A DNA stretch of 64,000 bases from Octopus bimaculoides (taxonomy: Eukaryota). Below the pieces are notes generated by a model, which saw only the letters and a program-made list of their open reading frames with translations, was not told the origin of the DNA and searched no databases. The position numbers and the translations under genes are program-made. This document shows, piece by piece, positions 25,040 to 39,660 of the stretch. The DNA is taken from assembly GCF_001194135.2 (NCBI RefSeq), contig NC_068981.1:167111438-167175437 (forward strand). The letters run 5' to 3'. Every line of letters starts with the position of its first letter. The first letter of the stretch is position 1.

Positions 25040-26540
25040 TGATGGTTAGTAGGTTTGACTGAGGGCTGGCAAGCCAGAACACTACACCAGGCTCCAATCT
25101 GATCTCACAAAATTTCTACAGCTGGATGCCCTTCCTAACACCAACCGCTCTGAGAGTGTAGTGGGTGCTTTCTATGTGCCACCGGCATGAGGGCCAGTCA
25201 AGCAGTACTGGCATTGACCAAACTTGAATGGTGCTTTTTACATGCCACAGTTACAAGAGCCAGTCAGGCAGCACTGGCAACGATCACGCTCGAATGGTGC
25301 TTATTATGTGCTCCCAGCATGGGACCAGTCAGGTGGCACTGCTATTGACCATGGTCGAATGGTGCTTTTTATGTGCCACCGGCAAGGGTGCCAGCCAGGT
25401 GGTACTGGCATCGGCCACGACAATGACTTCACATGACTCAACAGGTTTTCAGAAGCGCAGTTTATTACCCAATGATTGAAGGGTACTCTTAAATGGGCTG
25501 GTTATGCTGCACTGGCATAGGCCACGGTTACGGTCTTATTTGGCTTNNNNNNNNNNGTTATGCTGCACTGGCATAGGCCACGGTTACGGTCTTATTTGGC
25601 TTGCTGGGTCTTCTCAAGCACAGCATATCTCCAAAGGTCTTGGTCACTTGACATCGTCTCCATGAGGCCCAATGTTTGAAGGTCGTGCTTCACCACCTCA
25701 TCCCAGGTCTTCCTGGGTCTACCTCTTCCACAGGTTCCCTCCACTGTTAGGTGTGACACATTTTCACACAGCTGTCCTCATCCATATACAACACATGACC
25801 ATACCAGCGCAATCGTCTCTCTTGCACACCACATCTGATGCTTCTTATGTCCAACTTTTCTCTGAGGGCGCTTACACTCTGTTGTGTATGCACACTGACA
25901 TTACACATCCAGCAGAGCATACTAGCTTCATTCTTTGCAAGCTTACGCATGTCCTCAGCAATCACAGCCCATGTTTCACTGCCCTGTAGCTCTCACTAAC
26001 CACTCATCTATCCCTACTTTCCACATTGACCACTAAATAAGAGATCGGGGGACCATGTCAAAGGCTTTCTCCATGTTGATGAAAGCCAGGTACAGAAGTT
26101 TATCCTTGGCTAGGTATTTCTCCTGCAGCGGTCTTACCAGAAATATAGCATCAGTGATGTTTTTCCCTGGCACAAATCCAAACTGCATTTCATCTAAACT
26201 AACTCTCTCCATAATTAGTTGGTCTATGACTCTCTCCGTTACTTTCATTGCTTGATCCAACAAATTGATACCTCTGTAATTATTTGTATCTAATGCATTA
26301 CCTTTACCTTTGTAGCAGTTGACTATGGTCCTGCTACACTAGTCATTGGGTATGACTCCTTCCTGTATCCCCTGATTGACTATATGGGTGACTAGACTAT
26401 AACTGACACCGCCAGATATTTTAAGCATTTCTGTGGTGATTCCTAATGGGCCGGGGGCTTTCCCTGTCTTCATGCCCTTAATTGCTTTATTTACCAAGAT
26501 ACTGTCAATTCCGATAGCTGGTCCCCATGTTGGATCGACT
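25040..26540 (-). mobile_element. RTE-clade LINE fragment with RT and an internal deletion
   Basis: KTGKAPGP...NYRGIKLLDQ...QFGFVPGK...AFINMEKAFDMVPR, followed by RRLRWYGHV and the same 3' UTR. Confidence 0.9.
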
Positions 26541-26544
26541 GCTT

Positions 26545-27305
26545 AAATGTTCTAGTGCCAGTTTATCATAAATTTCACAAGAAATCACACAGATTTCTTT
26601 CCCTTTGTCTCATGGTAAGTAGATAAGGATTTTGTTTTTTAGTTTTGTCAATGCTTCATGTTGCACCCTGGTTAAGTTTGGAATCAAAACGTTGGAAATA
26701 GACTTCTTGTGGTTGAGTTCTCGGTTGGTTGGAGGTGGGAAGAGTGGGTGGTCTAGTTGGTACATGGGAAATTTGCTGAGTGTGTTGTTGCTGTTCTTTA
26801 TTACTGACAGCCATTTGAGTTGGTAGGCTATTTGGAAAAAAGTAAGATTTTCTCGTTCAGCTGTTGGCTCAAGATAAATTTAGGGCTCAGACCGAGGAGT
26901 TCTAGTTCTTTATGGGAGAGTGACCCACTCAAGTTTGTGACTAGGGGTTTCATTGTTGATGGTGTGCTGGTGTCCTTGATGTTAGGGTTATCTTGATTGG
27001 TGGACGTGTCCCGTTCATCTGTGTTGGTGTAATAGGCCGAGTTATGGTATTTGGTGCAAAGCCACAAGAATTTAAGTTTCAGGCATTTCTTCACTTGGTC
27101 GAAGCAGTGGTGATAGCATTGATCAATAGCTGCAGTTGTTCTTCGGAGTGTAGGTTCTGGGCTGACGTGATGCTGGATATTATTTCAGAGAATTTGCGTA
27201 TGTGCTCATGGAGTTGGTGATGTAGATAGTGTATGATTTTTCTAATGGTGAATGTATGTATGTATTTCAGTGATCGTCGAAGGGTAAGGTTACGGAAGCA
27301 CATGG
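26545..27305 (-). mobile_element. Penelope-like element N-terminal fragment (pseudogenised)
   Basis: PLVTNLSGSLSHKELELLGLSPKF and ALTKLKNKILIYLPxDKGKEICVI resemble the PLE motifs VNLS...E..LL..G.KF and AL..L......I..ADKG...V. Confidence 0.7.
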
Positions 27306-28817
27306 GTAAATGTATGTTCCTGATGGTGTTGGGAATTATGTTGTTTTTTTAGGCAGTGTTTTAACATCCACTTTTCCATGCTTGCATGGACTGGATGTAG
27401 TTTATCACTTTTTCAACTCTATCCCTCACTTTTTATCAACTCTTGCACTAATCGGTTCCTACTCCCCTGTTTCCTGCTATATTTCCCTGTCTTCTCTTAT
27501 TTGTCATCTTCATCATCCCGCTCTCTTTAGTTCCTCCTCAGGGGTTGGCTTTAGGAAGGGGACCCAGTCATTGAAACCATTCCAGAATAGACATTGGTAT
27601 ATGATGCAGCCCTCCAACTCATCAGACCCCATCAAATTGTCCAGCCTTTGCCAGCATTAAAGCTGAATGTTAAATAATGATGAAGATGATGATGATGAAG
27701 ATGATGATGAAGCAGAAGAGGAGGATGGTGGTTCAAGACCTGAAATTTGTAGTAGAGGAGCATAGTTAATTGGAACTATGCAGAATACGACTATTGATCA
27801 CTGAAGTATAAAACATGAAGTTAATTTACTGTGAAATTCATTAATACAGAGAATAATCATCATCATCATCATCATCATCGTTTAACGTCCGCTTTCCATG
27901 CTAGCATGGGTTGGACGATTTGACTGAGGACTGGTGAACCAGATGGCTACACCAGGCTCCAATCTGATTTAGCAGAGTTTCTACAGCTGGATGCCCTTCC
28001 TAACGCCAACCACTCTGAGAGTGTAGTGGGTGCTTTTCCGTGCCACCGGCACGAAGGCCAGTCAGGAGGTACTGGCAACAGCCACGCTCGAAATGGTGTA
28101 TTTTACGTGCCACCTGCACTGGAGCCAGCGGTACTGGCAACGAACTCACTAGGAAACTTATTATCAAAGTTAATAAAGTACCATGATAAACTGACTTTTT
28201 TTTGCAAAACACATGGTAAAATTAGCAAAAGAGAGTGTTTAATTAATAACTTGACTTCAGTATATTACTGATATTTGTACTTATTATATATTTTGCAAAA
28301 CAATGAGCCAGGGTACATTGAAACCACGGGATGCAGCATAGCAGATGTGAACTATTTTGGCAAATTAACTTATTGAATCAATGCAAGTATTACTGGACTG
28401 TAAGTGAATGAACAGACAATGAACTGTCAACGGTCAAGGTCAACCAGTTCAGTTTGTGAACTACTACTGTTACGTGTTGTCATGGCATGCACAGATGAGA
28501 TATTTCAGGTAGTGAAAGATTAGTGTGACTAAAACTCAAGGTAAATGTTCATGTAGCATTGTTTGATCTGGCATTGAAGTGTTGCATTGGTCAGATCAAG
28601 CTACATTGGTCTGGGAAAGATGCATTAGTCTGGGCAAGTTTCCCAACAAGACAGATCAGGCAGCTTTTGAATCTGATACAGAAAGAGATAATAAAATATG
28701 AATTTTTGATTCATAAATAAATTAAAAAAAAAATATGGTTACAAAAACTCTTTTGAAACAGACTCTGCTCTATCAAACTTTGAAAATAAGCAAGAATTAA
28801 ATAGCGTTTATACTTAC

Positions 28818-29039
28818 AGCCACATATTTAGCTTTTCCAAAGAAACACATAGCAATATTATTCCATAAAATGGCACTTTCAGGCATAGAACAAGCCACAA
28901 TTCTATATTTAGTGAGAGCAACATCAAAGTCCCCATGACTTTGCATCATACTTCCAGCTGCTAGAATAGCTTTTATGTGAGTTGGATCAAAGCTCATGGC
29001 ATTACCAAGGCTTTCACAGGCTTTTTGAAACTCCTTAAT
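28818..29039 (-). CDS. BBS4: BBS4 exon 9 ([46 protein letters not shown]...[17 protein letters not shown])
   Basis: Near-identical to human [24 protein letters not shown]...LWNNIGMCFFGKKKYVA. 222 nt, CAG/GTAAGT. Confidence 0.98.
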
Positions 29040-30732
29040 CTGGATCAGATACAAAACGAACAAATAAATAAGCAAAAAAAAATACACATTATAGGAACTG
29101 ACATAGTTATCATCATCATCACCATTGTTGTCGTTGTCATCAACAACAACATCCACTTTTCCATGCTTGCATGGATCAGATGGAATTTTCTGAGACAAAT
29201 TTTCTACAGCCATGCTCTTCCTGTCACAAACCCTCACATGTACACTTTTTCACACAAAGAGTTGCTGAAGTATGGAACAAACTGCCGGCATCAGTTGTTA
29301 GTTGTTGGAGCACTGCATCCTTCAAAACTTCCGTGCTTCCTGAGATTCGCCAACACTACACCTGATTTTCTCCCCTCCATACACACACAAGCATGTATGA
29401 CTCATTCACTGTTCACTTTCCAGACATTTGTACAATAGTGCATATGCTTTATGTGCACTTTTGACAAGTTGTAGTGCACCTGAGCACTGTATACAACAAT
29501 TTCATTATTATTATTATTTTATGATAGTATTTCCCCATGGCAGACCAGTTTTCCATGGAAGATTGGAAATAAACAACACTGCTTGTATGAGAGGGTGCTC
29601 ATCTACAACCATCACAAGATGTCAAGACATAGGTACACACACACACACATATGCGTGCACGCATGTGCACACACACACCTATAATGGGCTTCTTTCAGTT
29701 TCCATTTATCAAATTCATTCACAAGGCTTTGGTTGGACCAGGGCTATAATAGAATACACTTGTTGAAGGTGTCACACAGTGAGACTGAACCCAAGACCTC
29801 ATGGTTGGGAAGTAAGCTTCTTCTTAACCACACAGCCATGTCTGCCTTCCTTCTTGGCCAAACAGTAGATCAGAAGTTTACCTTGCTACAACCATGCATT
29901 TCTAGATTTGATCCTACTGCATGGTGTCATGAGCAAACATCTTCTACTGTAATTTTAGGTTGACCAACACCTTGTGAGTGAAATTTCAAAGGTGGAAACT
30001 GTGAAACCCCTGCCCCATTATCATCATCATTCATTTTTTCCATGTTGGCATGGCTCAGACAAAATTTACTAAGAGCTTTTCTATGGTCAGACGCTCTTCC
30101 TGTCATCAACCCTCACTTATTTCAAAGTAATATACTATTCCCACCTTGGTTCTTCAAGCAATGAACAGCTCAATGACTGGTCTTGTTTTTATGACAGATT
30201 GTAAAACAAAGACTTTGTCATATAGGTGACATAGTTTTTATGCAGTGTGCAAACATCATGAAGACAATGGGAAGTCACAAATATACTCATATGCTTGGCA
30301 CATAAAATACACCATTTTGAGCATGGCCGTTGCCAGTATCGCCTGACTGGCCTTCGTGCGGGTGACACGTAAAAGCACCCACTACACTCTCTGAGTGGTT
30401 GGCGTTAGGAAGGGCATCCAGCTGTAGAAACTCTGCCAAATCAGATTGGAGCCTGGTGTAGCCATCTGGTTTCACCAGTCCTCAGTCAAATCGTCCAACC
30501 CATGCCAGCATGGAAAGTGGACGTTAAACGATGATGATGATGATGATTATATACATATATAAGCATATATGTATATTTACACACATGGCAAGCTTCATAC
30601 ACTTTCATTTTCCAATTCCACTCACTAAGCATTGGTCAGCTGGAGACCATTGTAGAAAGCACTTGGCCACAGTAACATGCAGTGGTATGTGTGTGTGTGT
30701 GTGTGTGCATATATACATGTATGGTGTATTCT

Positions 30733-30781
<49 letters not shown>

Positions 30782-31686
30782 ATATATATANNNNNNNNNN
30801 NNNNNNNNNNNNNNNNNNNNNNNNNNNNNNNNNNNNNNNNNNNNNNNNNNNNNNNNNNNNNNNNNNNNNNNNNNNNNNNNNNNNNNNNNNNNNNNNNNNN
30901 NNNNNNNNNNNNNNNNNNNNNNNNNNNNNNNNNNNNNNNNNNNNNNNNNNNNNNNNNNNNNNNNNNNNNNNNNNNNNNNNNNNNNNNNNNNNNNNNNNNN
31001 NNNNNNNNNNNNNNNNNNNNNNNNNNNNNNNNNNNNNNNNNNNNNNNNNNNNNNNNNNNNNNNNNNNNNNNNNNNNNNNNNNNNNNNNNNNNNNNNNNNN
31101 NNNNNNNNNNNNNNNNNNNNNNNNNNNNNNNNNNNNNNNNNNNNNNNNNNNNNNNNNNNNNNNNNNNNNNNNNNNNNNNNNNNNNNNNNNNNNNNNNNNN
31201 NNNNNNNNNNNNNNNNNNNNNNNNNNNNNNNNNNNNNNNNNNNNNNNNNNNNNNNNNNNNNNNNNNNNNNNNNNNNNNNNNNNNGTGGCACATAAAAGAC
31301 ACCATTTCGAGCGTGGCCGTTTTCGTGCGGGTGACACGTAAAAGCACCCACTACACTCTCTGAGTGGTTGGCGTTAGGAAGGGCATCCAGCTGTAGAAAC
31401 TATGCCAAATTAGATTGGAGCCTGGTGTTGCCATCCGGTTTCACCAGTCCTCAGTCAAATCGTCCAACCCATGCTAGCATGGAAGGCGGACGTTAAACGA
31501 TGATGATGATGATGATGATATATATATATATATATGTATGTATGTATGGTGTGTATGTATGTGTTTGCATGCATATGTGTGAAAGTGAGTGTGAGTGTGT
31601 GTGTGAAATACACATAGTCATACATTGGCAGATACAAACACACACTCCCACTCTTCAAATATATATAGAAAGATATTGTCACTAAC

Positions 31687-31741
31687 CTCCATATATAGTA
31701 ATCCAAGAAAAGTAAGAAGTTCAGTATTTTCTGGAAATATT
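31687..31741 (-). CDS. BBS4: BBS4 exon 8 (IFPENTELLTFLGLLYME)
   Basis: Matches human FSPENTELLTTLGLLYLQ. 55 nt, AG/GTTAGT. Confidence 0.96.
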
Positions 31742-33005
31742 CTACATAAATAAAAGAAATAACAAAAAGCAACACACGTGAGAATTTTGATGAGAAAGAC
31801 TATTACATAAAAATGACAAATCAGTACTGATCATGAGAGTTACAATTATTTCACAGTGTATGTTTGTCTGGGAGAAACAGTATTTCAAAGACAGTATTGT
31901 AATAGTTTTGGCATCCTCCTCCTCCTCCTCCTCCTCACTGCCACCACCATCATCATCATCATCCTTCCCCCCACCATTCCTCCTCCCCGTCATCACTAGC
32001 ATCCATTTCTATGCTGGCATGAGTTGGCTGGATGGTTTGGCAGGAGCTGGCAAGCCAGAGAACTGTGCCAAGCCCCAGTGTCTGCTTTGGCAGTCCTTCC
32101 TAATGCCAACCACTTTTACAGGGTTAGAATATGCAGTAGAAACTAATAGCATCTCTTGCAAAATATTCAATAATTCTCAATGCTTTCCAGAAGTGCCCAT
32201 CTCTTGTATTCGTTTTAGTATACTGTTACCATATAAACTTCTGTATTACATTTGTTTCTTTTTCCAAGTTTTAGCTTAGAGGAACTTTGGATGTTATTGC
32301 TAAAAGGGCAAACAACCACATTGTTTTGGTGTGTCATTTCATAATAGCTGCATATTTAATTGCAAGAGCTGTGCATATTGGCGAAGTCAGTAGACACAAA
32401 CTGATCTCTTCATATGTCTAAACAATTTTTTAGTTTCAGAGGCTCAGACATGTTCATATGGTTAAGAAGTTTGTTTTGTAACAATGTGTTCTGGGTTCAG
32501 TCCCACTGTACAACACCTTGAGCCAGTAACTTCTTTCATAGCTTCAGGTTGATCAAAGCTTTGAAATGTGGAAACGGAGTGAAAATGTGTTTCTATCCAT
32601 GAAAGGTTGACATTAACTGTTGTCCAGTTTACTGCCATCTGGCCTTTGGTTATTTGTAGCAGAGTCTCTTCTGTTGCATGTATTTAGACCCGATTTCCAG
32701 CCAGAGGCTAACTTCCTTTGCTGCAACTAGTCATAATTTTCTCATGAGCCAGACAAAACTTACGGAGACAGTTTTTATATAGCTGGATACTCTTCCAGTT
32801 ACCAATCCTCAAGTGTTTTCAAATGATACACTATTTCCTCTAGTCCTTTAAACAACTCAATGACTGGTCTTGTTTTTATGGCATACAAACAGAAGCATTC
32901 TGACAGACCATGAAAAAATTCTGACTAAACCATAAAGCTATATAGAATTCAGATGAAATATATGGATGGTAAGTAAACAATAAATAGTGCAAGGCTAGAA
33001 CTTAC

Positions 33006-33133
33006 TCAACAGCTTTGATGAATACTTCAATGGCTCGTTCCACATTTCTTTCCAGCATGTACACTTTTCCCAACATGATAAACGATATTTCATGATGCTT
33101 GTGAGTAATTGCAGTCTGGAGAAATTCTTTGGC
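33006..33133 (-). CDS. BBS4: BBS4 exon 7 (AKEFLQTAITHKHHEISFIMLGKVYMLERNVERAIEVFIKAVE)
   Basis: Matches human ...[30 protein letters not shown]. 128 nt, AG/GTAAGT. Confidence 0.96.
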
Positions 33134-33701
33134 CTAAAATACATCAAAATGAAAACACTTTTCATGTCCATTTTTCCATGCGTACACAATAAGACTGTTT
33201 ATTTGTTTTGAGTAATTAGCTTTCACAGTTGGATTGTCTTCCTACTGCTAAGTAGTTAAACATGAAGCAGGAATGAAGCTTTTCTTTTTCTTTTTCCTCA
33301 GCAGGTAAACTAGAGCAAGCAAAGTTTAGGTACCATGATCTAAGATACAACACAGTGACAGGAGTAAGAACTGAACTTATGCCCTAATGGTCATATAGCA
33401 ATTGTGCCTTATAAAAATATAGAAGGAATTTTGAGCCCAAAATAGAGCATCTGCATGGTCACTTGAATGCACAGACACTCAATAATTTATGCTGAGAAAC
33501 AGCAGCTAGATCTCCCACAAACCATTCCCAACCATCTTACAAAAAAGCAAAAAAAAACCCACACTTTACATGATATGGATAATATAATGCAGAGAACACA
33601 ATGAGTGAAAATATGATTGGAAGTAAGATGTTTTGTTCGTTCTCTAACATAACATGTCATTTGTGTATTATGTGTATAATTTTGTGGTCACCAGTTTCAT
33701 C

Positions 33702-33754
<53 letters not shown>

Positions 33755-33922
33755 GTGAAGTATATTTGCCACTTAAATGTGGTTAACCACTAAGGGTGGA
33801 TGCTACTGTAGCTTGTAGCCCCATGAGGACACCTCCTCCAGCTGGCTATTGACACACTTTCTGTGCCCTATCAGTATTTGCAAAGGGAAGCAATCCTCTC
33901 CATCTTCGACCTGATGTGATAT

Positions 33923-33965
33923 GCATGGACCCGTGTTTCTAGGTATTTACACGTCATCAGCGCAC
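33923..33965 (-). ncRNA. Degenerate minimal hammerhead motif
   Basis: CUGAUGA...GAAAC(ACGG)GUC core is present; stems I and II pair imperfectly. Confidence 0.35.
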
Positions 33966-36025
33966 GACAATCACCGGTCTTCGATGCGAAGGGGTCCCAA
34001 TGCAAATACACATATCCTTTTTCTAGTGATGAAAAGTCACTGATCTTGAAAAAGTGTAAACAAGCAATAATAAATCTCTGAATGAGGTATAAACAGTAAT
34101 GAACCAACTGTATTCAAGTTGTGTTCAGAATTAATGGAAAAGCTGCAAGGTTTGCATTACTGGAGCAACTCTAAATTTATCTGTATGTCTAATTTAAATG
34201 TAATAACTTGTAAATAAAATGCTGCTCCTCTGACTAATATTGTTAAGTGGACATGTTTGTTTCTCTTCAAGCTGAATTATCATTTCATTTTTCATTTAAA
34301 GCTACATCGTTTTTTTCATGCTGATGCAGGTCTCATAGTTTCTTAATATCTGCCACTGTCTTTTGTCTTACACCCAATCACATTGCTTCGTCACCTGTCA
34401 TACAGAGCAAAGAAATACCAACCAACTTGTGCATGTCTTACAGCAATGGTTCTCAACCAGGGTTTATATGGCCCCGATGGTTCATATAAGAGTTGTGGGG
34501 CCCACATAACAAAATAGTAAATTGGGGATCCACAATAGTATTTTAAGGGCCCCAAAGTACCCTTCAACGTTAGGCCTCATGGGGGAAGTGACAAGTGACT
34601 GAGACCTTTGGTGATATACCATGCTTGAGAAGACCTGTCAAGCCAAATGAGATGGTAGTTGTGGCCAATGCCAGAGCTACATAAGTGACACCTGTGCTGG
34701 TGGCACATAAAAAGCATCCACTACACTCTTGGAGTGGTTGGGATTAGGAAAGACATCCAGCCATAGAAACCGTGCCAAATCAGATTGGAACCTGGTGCAG
34801 CTCCCCAGCAGGGCCAGCTCAAGGTACCAGCAACTTGGGCAGTTGCCCAGGGTGCCATGTACTAGGGGACGTCAAGAAGGGCATGACAAAGACAAAAATT
34901 ATACTTGTAAGGGCACTGAAGTTCAGCTTGCCAGGGGCACCAGCAACCCTAGGGCTGGCCCTGCTCCCCAGCTTACCAGTTTTAAGTCAAACTGTTCAAC
35001 CCATGCCAGCATGGAAAACGGACGTTAGATGATGATGATGATGATGATTATGGCTAGAATACCTTTCATCAAAGATCAGCTTCATCAGGGCTGACCTAGA
35101 GCTGAACAACAACAGAGACATGCAAAATACATTTCTAAATATTCAATAAAGAATGGACATTTGATATTTGGAAATAAAATGGGTAAAAAAAGAAAAAAAA
35201 TGTTTTTAATCCGGTTTTATAAAAATGTATTCTTTGAGAACAATCCTATTATTTTCTTTCTCCACCATTTGTTGATGAAGATCATGTTTGATCAACAGAG
35301 TTACCTGCTCCTGAATTAATATCTAAGCAGCTGAGCATTCCACAGACATGTATACCGTTAATATAATTCTTAGGCAGAATTAGTGTGGTATGATGTGTGA
35401 CAAGGCTGTTCTCTTGAATTACACATACAATTCACCTGGAGGGCTTCTTTCCATTTAGCCAAATTCACACATAAGCTATGCGTTAACCCAAAGTTACAGA
35501 AAATGACATTTACCCAAAATGCTATGTATCAGGATTGAACCTGGGACTCTGTGGTTGTTGTGAAGCAAACTTCTTAATTATTCAGCTATACTGCACCTAC
35601 AATCCTAGTTTAATGATAAACTGAGGAACATAAAGAAAACTTGTTAATTTTTATATTTTTGATTTTAATAAAGAATAAGATTTGGTTTTCATTCTTTATT
35701 AAAAACTGCCACATCTCTTTTTGGATGTAATTTGTTATGATTGTCATAGTGTGCTAGAAAGCTTGCACAATAGTGATTTTTGACAGCCTTTTTCAGTGAA
35801 AAACCTACAAAATTTGGAGAAAGAGTTGTTGAAATAGCAGTGAAATCTCTCTCAAATCACAACTTACTTTCTTAATAAAGATGCAGTACACATTGGCTAA
35901 TGTAACCCTAGATACACAATGTCTAAAAAAAAAACAAAGGGATGACCATAGCAAGAATGCCTCTGATCATAAATCTGTTAGATCATGGCTGAGCTGCAGC
36001 TAAACAATAACAATGAGATACTCAC

Positions 36026-36079
36026 CCTTTCATAATCCTTTAGGTGCATGTAACAGATCCCAACATTGTGTGCTATCTC
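36026..36079 (-). CDS. BBS4: BBS4 exon 6 (EIAHNVGICYMHLKDYER)
   Basis: Matches human EISHNLGVCYIYLKQFNK. 54 nt, CAG/GTGAGT. Confidence 0.95.
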
Positions 36080-36628
36080 CTGGTAAAATAAATATAATAC
36101 ATAAATATATATTTATGTATATATGATGCTGAAATATCTAGTTAGATGGGTGATACACAAGTTATGCACATAATCAAACAGGTAATACAGAAAAAAGTAA
36201 TACTCAATGACGAGTGTAGAAAGAAATAAAGCAAGCAGAATCTGTGTTAGATGTATAATGTTAGTGTGCATGAACAATGAAACACAACTGAGCTGAGAGA
36301 AAATCTTGATATAAGAGGTATCAGAGTAAGAGTGCCAGAGAGGTGTGCTGGTATGAACATGTGATGTAGAAGGAGGGAGAATGGCAGCTGTATAAAGCAG
36401 GATTCTCAAAGTGGATGGAAGGTGTAGAAGAGGGAGACCTAGGAAGATATGGGACGAATTGGGGAAGACTGATCTTAAGGTGCTGATCTGCACAAAGGGG
36501 ATGCCAAAGGACCACAGTGATTGGTAACATAAAACGTTAGATAAAATCTGTTCCCTGGTACAAACATGGTCAAACAAATATTGTAGTGGCAATGATGGAT
36601 GCTGGGTTATATATATGAATATATGTGG

Positions 36629-36671
<43 letters not shown>

Positions 36672-37000
36672 NNNNNNNNNNNNNNNNNNNNNNNNNNNNN
36701 NNNNNNNNNNNNNNNNNNNNNNNNNNNNNNNNNNNNNNNNNNNNNNNNNNNNNNNNNNNNNNNNNNNNNNNNNNNNNNNNNNNNNNNNNNNNNNNNNNNN
36801 NNNNNNNNNNNNNNNNNNNNNNNNNNNNNNNNNNNNNNNNNNNNNNNNNNNNNNNNNNNNNNNNNNNNNNNNNNNNNNNNNNNNNNNNNNNNNNNNNNNN
36901 NNNNNNNNNNNNNNNNNNNGCTTATCATCAGATCCCAAAACCTGTTGGCTTAAGGACTCTCTAGCGAGTGGCATCCTTTTGGGATTTATGCTTTACTAAC

Positions 37001-37075
<75 letters not shown>

Positions 37076-37349
37076 CAAAATAAGTAACCGGATGTCTAGT
37101 ATTAGTGCAATAAGACCATTTCAAGCAGCTCTATTTAATTGAACAATGCAAGCATGATAGCAATTTAAAATTATGTAATGCTTGCTTTGTTCAATCAGAT
37201 GGAGCCACTTGAAAGGGTCGTATTGCACTAATACTTAACATCCTGTTACTTATTTTGATTGTATTCACCTTACTTTGGACTGTGTGGATAATACTGGACT
37301 GACGTGGTGCCTCAACTTAAGTACCTAATTCAAATGAATCTTAATTATT

Positions 37350-37410
<61 letters not shown>

Positions 37411-38237
37411 TACACATATGGGTATGGTTGTGTGTGTGTGTGTCTCACTACACTCCTGTTAAGCCTCTATTTGCTTCTCCCCAGCTTCTTTGGTACCTTC
37501 TCCCCTCTCATTCATCTCTGTTGCTCATCGATCCCTAATACTCATGCTTTCTACTACAATCACTCATCTCTCCTACTCCCTATAATGCCATCCATGTAAC
37601 CAGAGATAGTATTGAATCTAAGCAACTCTCTTAACTGTCTGACAATTATCTGTTCTCCTACTCACTGCACTATGCTGCCTGCATAGCATGGGACAATATT
37701 GGACTAATAACCTGTGTCTATTCTACCATCATTTTATTTACCATAACTTTCTCTTCCACCAAAATGCCTATGTGTGAAGGATAATACTGGATCACACTTT
37801 CTGTGTTACCAACAATCAATTCCCCTCTCTGAGACTATTTGTCATTGGCATTAATCATTCTGCTTTAAGAGGAAAGCACTGTATCCATGGTCTTTGCAGG
37901 CCTGCTGAGAAGACTGAAACTAATGTAGTCACTGTTTCTCTTAAACAGTTGCAAGTTGATAGCTGCAGAATAAGAAGGAAACTTCTGAGGAGAGACATTT
38001 TGTGTAGGAAGGACTGCAGGAAAGGGAATCGTGTGACCTGGGGAGGCTGTAGACACAGTATGCAGTTATGAGAAGAGGAGAAGTGAATGGGGAACAATTT
38101 TTCTTTTCTATCTTGATGCTTGTTTTATCATTAATCACTCTAAGACAACCTACTTGTAGAAATAAGACAGACTTATAGCCTTATGATATTCAGTTTTGAT
38201 TTATTGTAATAAGAAGGGAAGTTATAAAATTGATTAC

Positions 38238-38310
38238 CCAATCCTTTTCACTGTATTTTGCAGCTTCTTGGTAAACACCTATCGCAGCTTTGTGTCGCGC
38301 CAACAAGAAT
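38238..38310 (-). CDS. BBS4: BBS4 exon 5 (FLLARHKAAIGVYQEAAKYSEKDW)
   Basis: Matches human [24 protein letters not shown]. 73 nt, AG/GT. Confidence 0.97.
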
Positions 38311-39315
38311 CTAAAAGTAAAATAGATATATGTCAGAATTATGTTTCATACTTTTATCAAGTCACTTGATCAAATTATGATGAAACCCCCAGGTATAGTG
38401 GCTTATTTCTAATTAAATACTTCTTGTGCATGTATCTCACTAGGAAGAGGGTATTGCTAGTCTCTCTTCCTAATACAAAACTGAACTGCATCTCATCTAA
38501 GTTAATTCTTTTCCAGATGAGTTTAATTGTATTATCATCATTTTACATTAGCTTTCTCAGCTTGCATAGGTAGGATGGTTCTCACAGTGTCTCTCCTTTA
38601 TCATGCCACTAATACTAGAGAGATTGTCTTTAGCAGGATTAAACAATATTATCTATCCTGTAAGTTGTTGTTCACAGTTACTGTCCTCCTAGAGATATTG
38701 CAATGCATATATATCCACACCCATCACCAGCTATTATATGAAAGGAACATAAGATACATGAGTATGATTTGAAGGCAATTTGGTTGCTATTTCAAACATG
38801 TCTTTGTTTAGTCAATAAGCATTTTTCCCTATTACATAAATACAGGAAAACATTCCTTGAGAGTCTTTTTTAGCTGTGCATCTAGCATAAAGTAATATTA
38901 ATAATGCAACATGAAAGCGGTGAGCTGACAGAATCATTTGCACGCCAGGAAAAATAAAATGCTTAGCAGCATTTCTTTCATCTGTACATTCTGAGTTCAA
39001 ATTCTTCCAAGGTTAACTTTGCCTTTCAATTTTTGGGGGTTGATAAAATAAGTACCAGTTGAACACTGAAGGAGATTTGTCCATAATGCAACAAAACTTT
39101 TTTAAAAGGCAAATCTATATTGCTTAATTTAATCAGACTTGTATCATCCAAAATAGTTCCCTTCACAGCCCCTCTCAAATACAAAGGACATCCAAATAAA
39201 ACTCTTTATTGATTGTTTGACTATATGGAAGAAACCCATGATGAAAAATGTTCTTCCACAAAAAAAAAAAAGACATTTTCTTTACATCTGAATGACTTTG
39301 ATACTTTTTTGTCTG

Positions 39316-39660
39316 GCAGCATTATAGCTCAGTGGTTAGAACATCGGGTTCATGAGGTAGTGAGTTTGATTCCCAGACTGAGCTGTGTGTTGTGTTATTG
39401 AGCAAGACACTTTATTTCACGTTGCTCCTGTTCACTCAGCTGTAGAAATGAGTTGCGATGTCACTGATGCCAAGCTGTGTCGGCCGTCGCTTTTCCCTTG
39501 GATAACATCGGTGGCATGGAGAGAGGAGAGGCAGGTATGCATGGGCGATTGCTCGTCTTTCATAAACAATCTTTCCTGGACTTGTGCCTCAGAGGGGAAC
39601 TTTCTAGGTGCAATCCTATGGTTATTCATGATTGAAGGGGATCTTTACCTTTTACCCTAA
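39316..39660 (+). mobile_element. tRNA-derived SINE of another family
   Basis: TAGCTCAGTGG A box, GAGTTTGATTCC B box, CORE-like GAGCAAGACACTTTATTTCAC, (TTTACC)n tail. Confidence 0.75.

Noticed and set aside
25500-25602. 46-bp direct repeat flanking a 10-N gap
   Set aside because: Typical overlap of unmerged contig ends; an assembly artefact.
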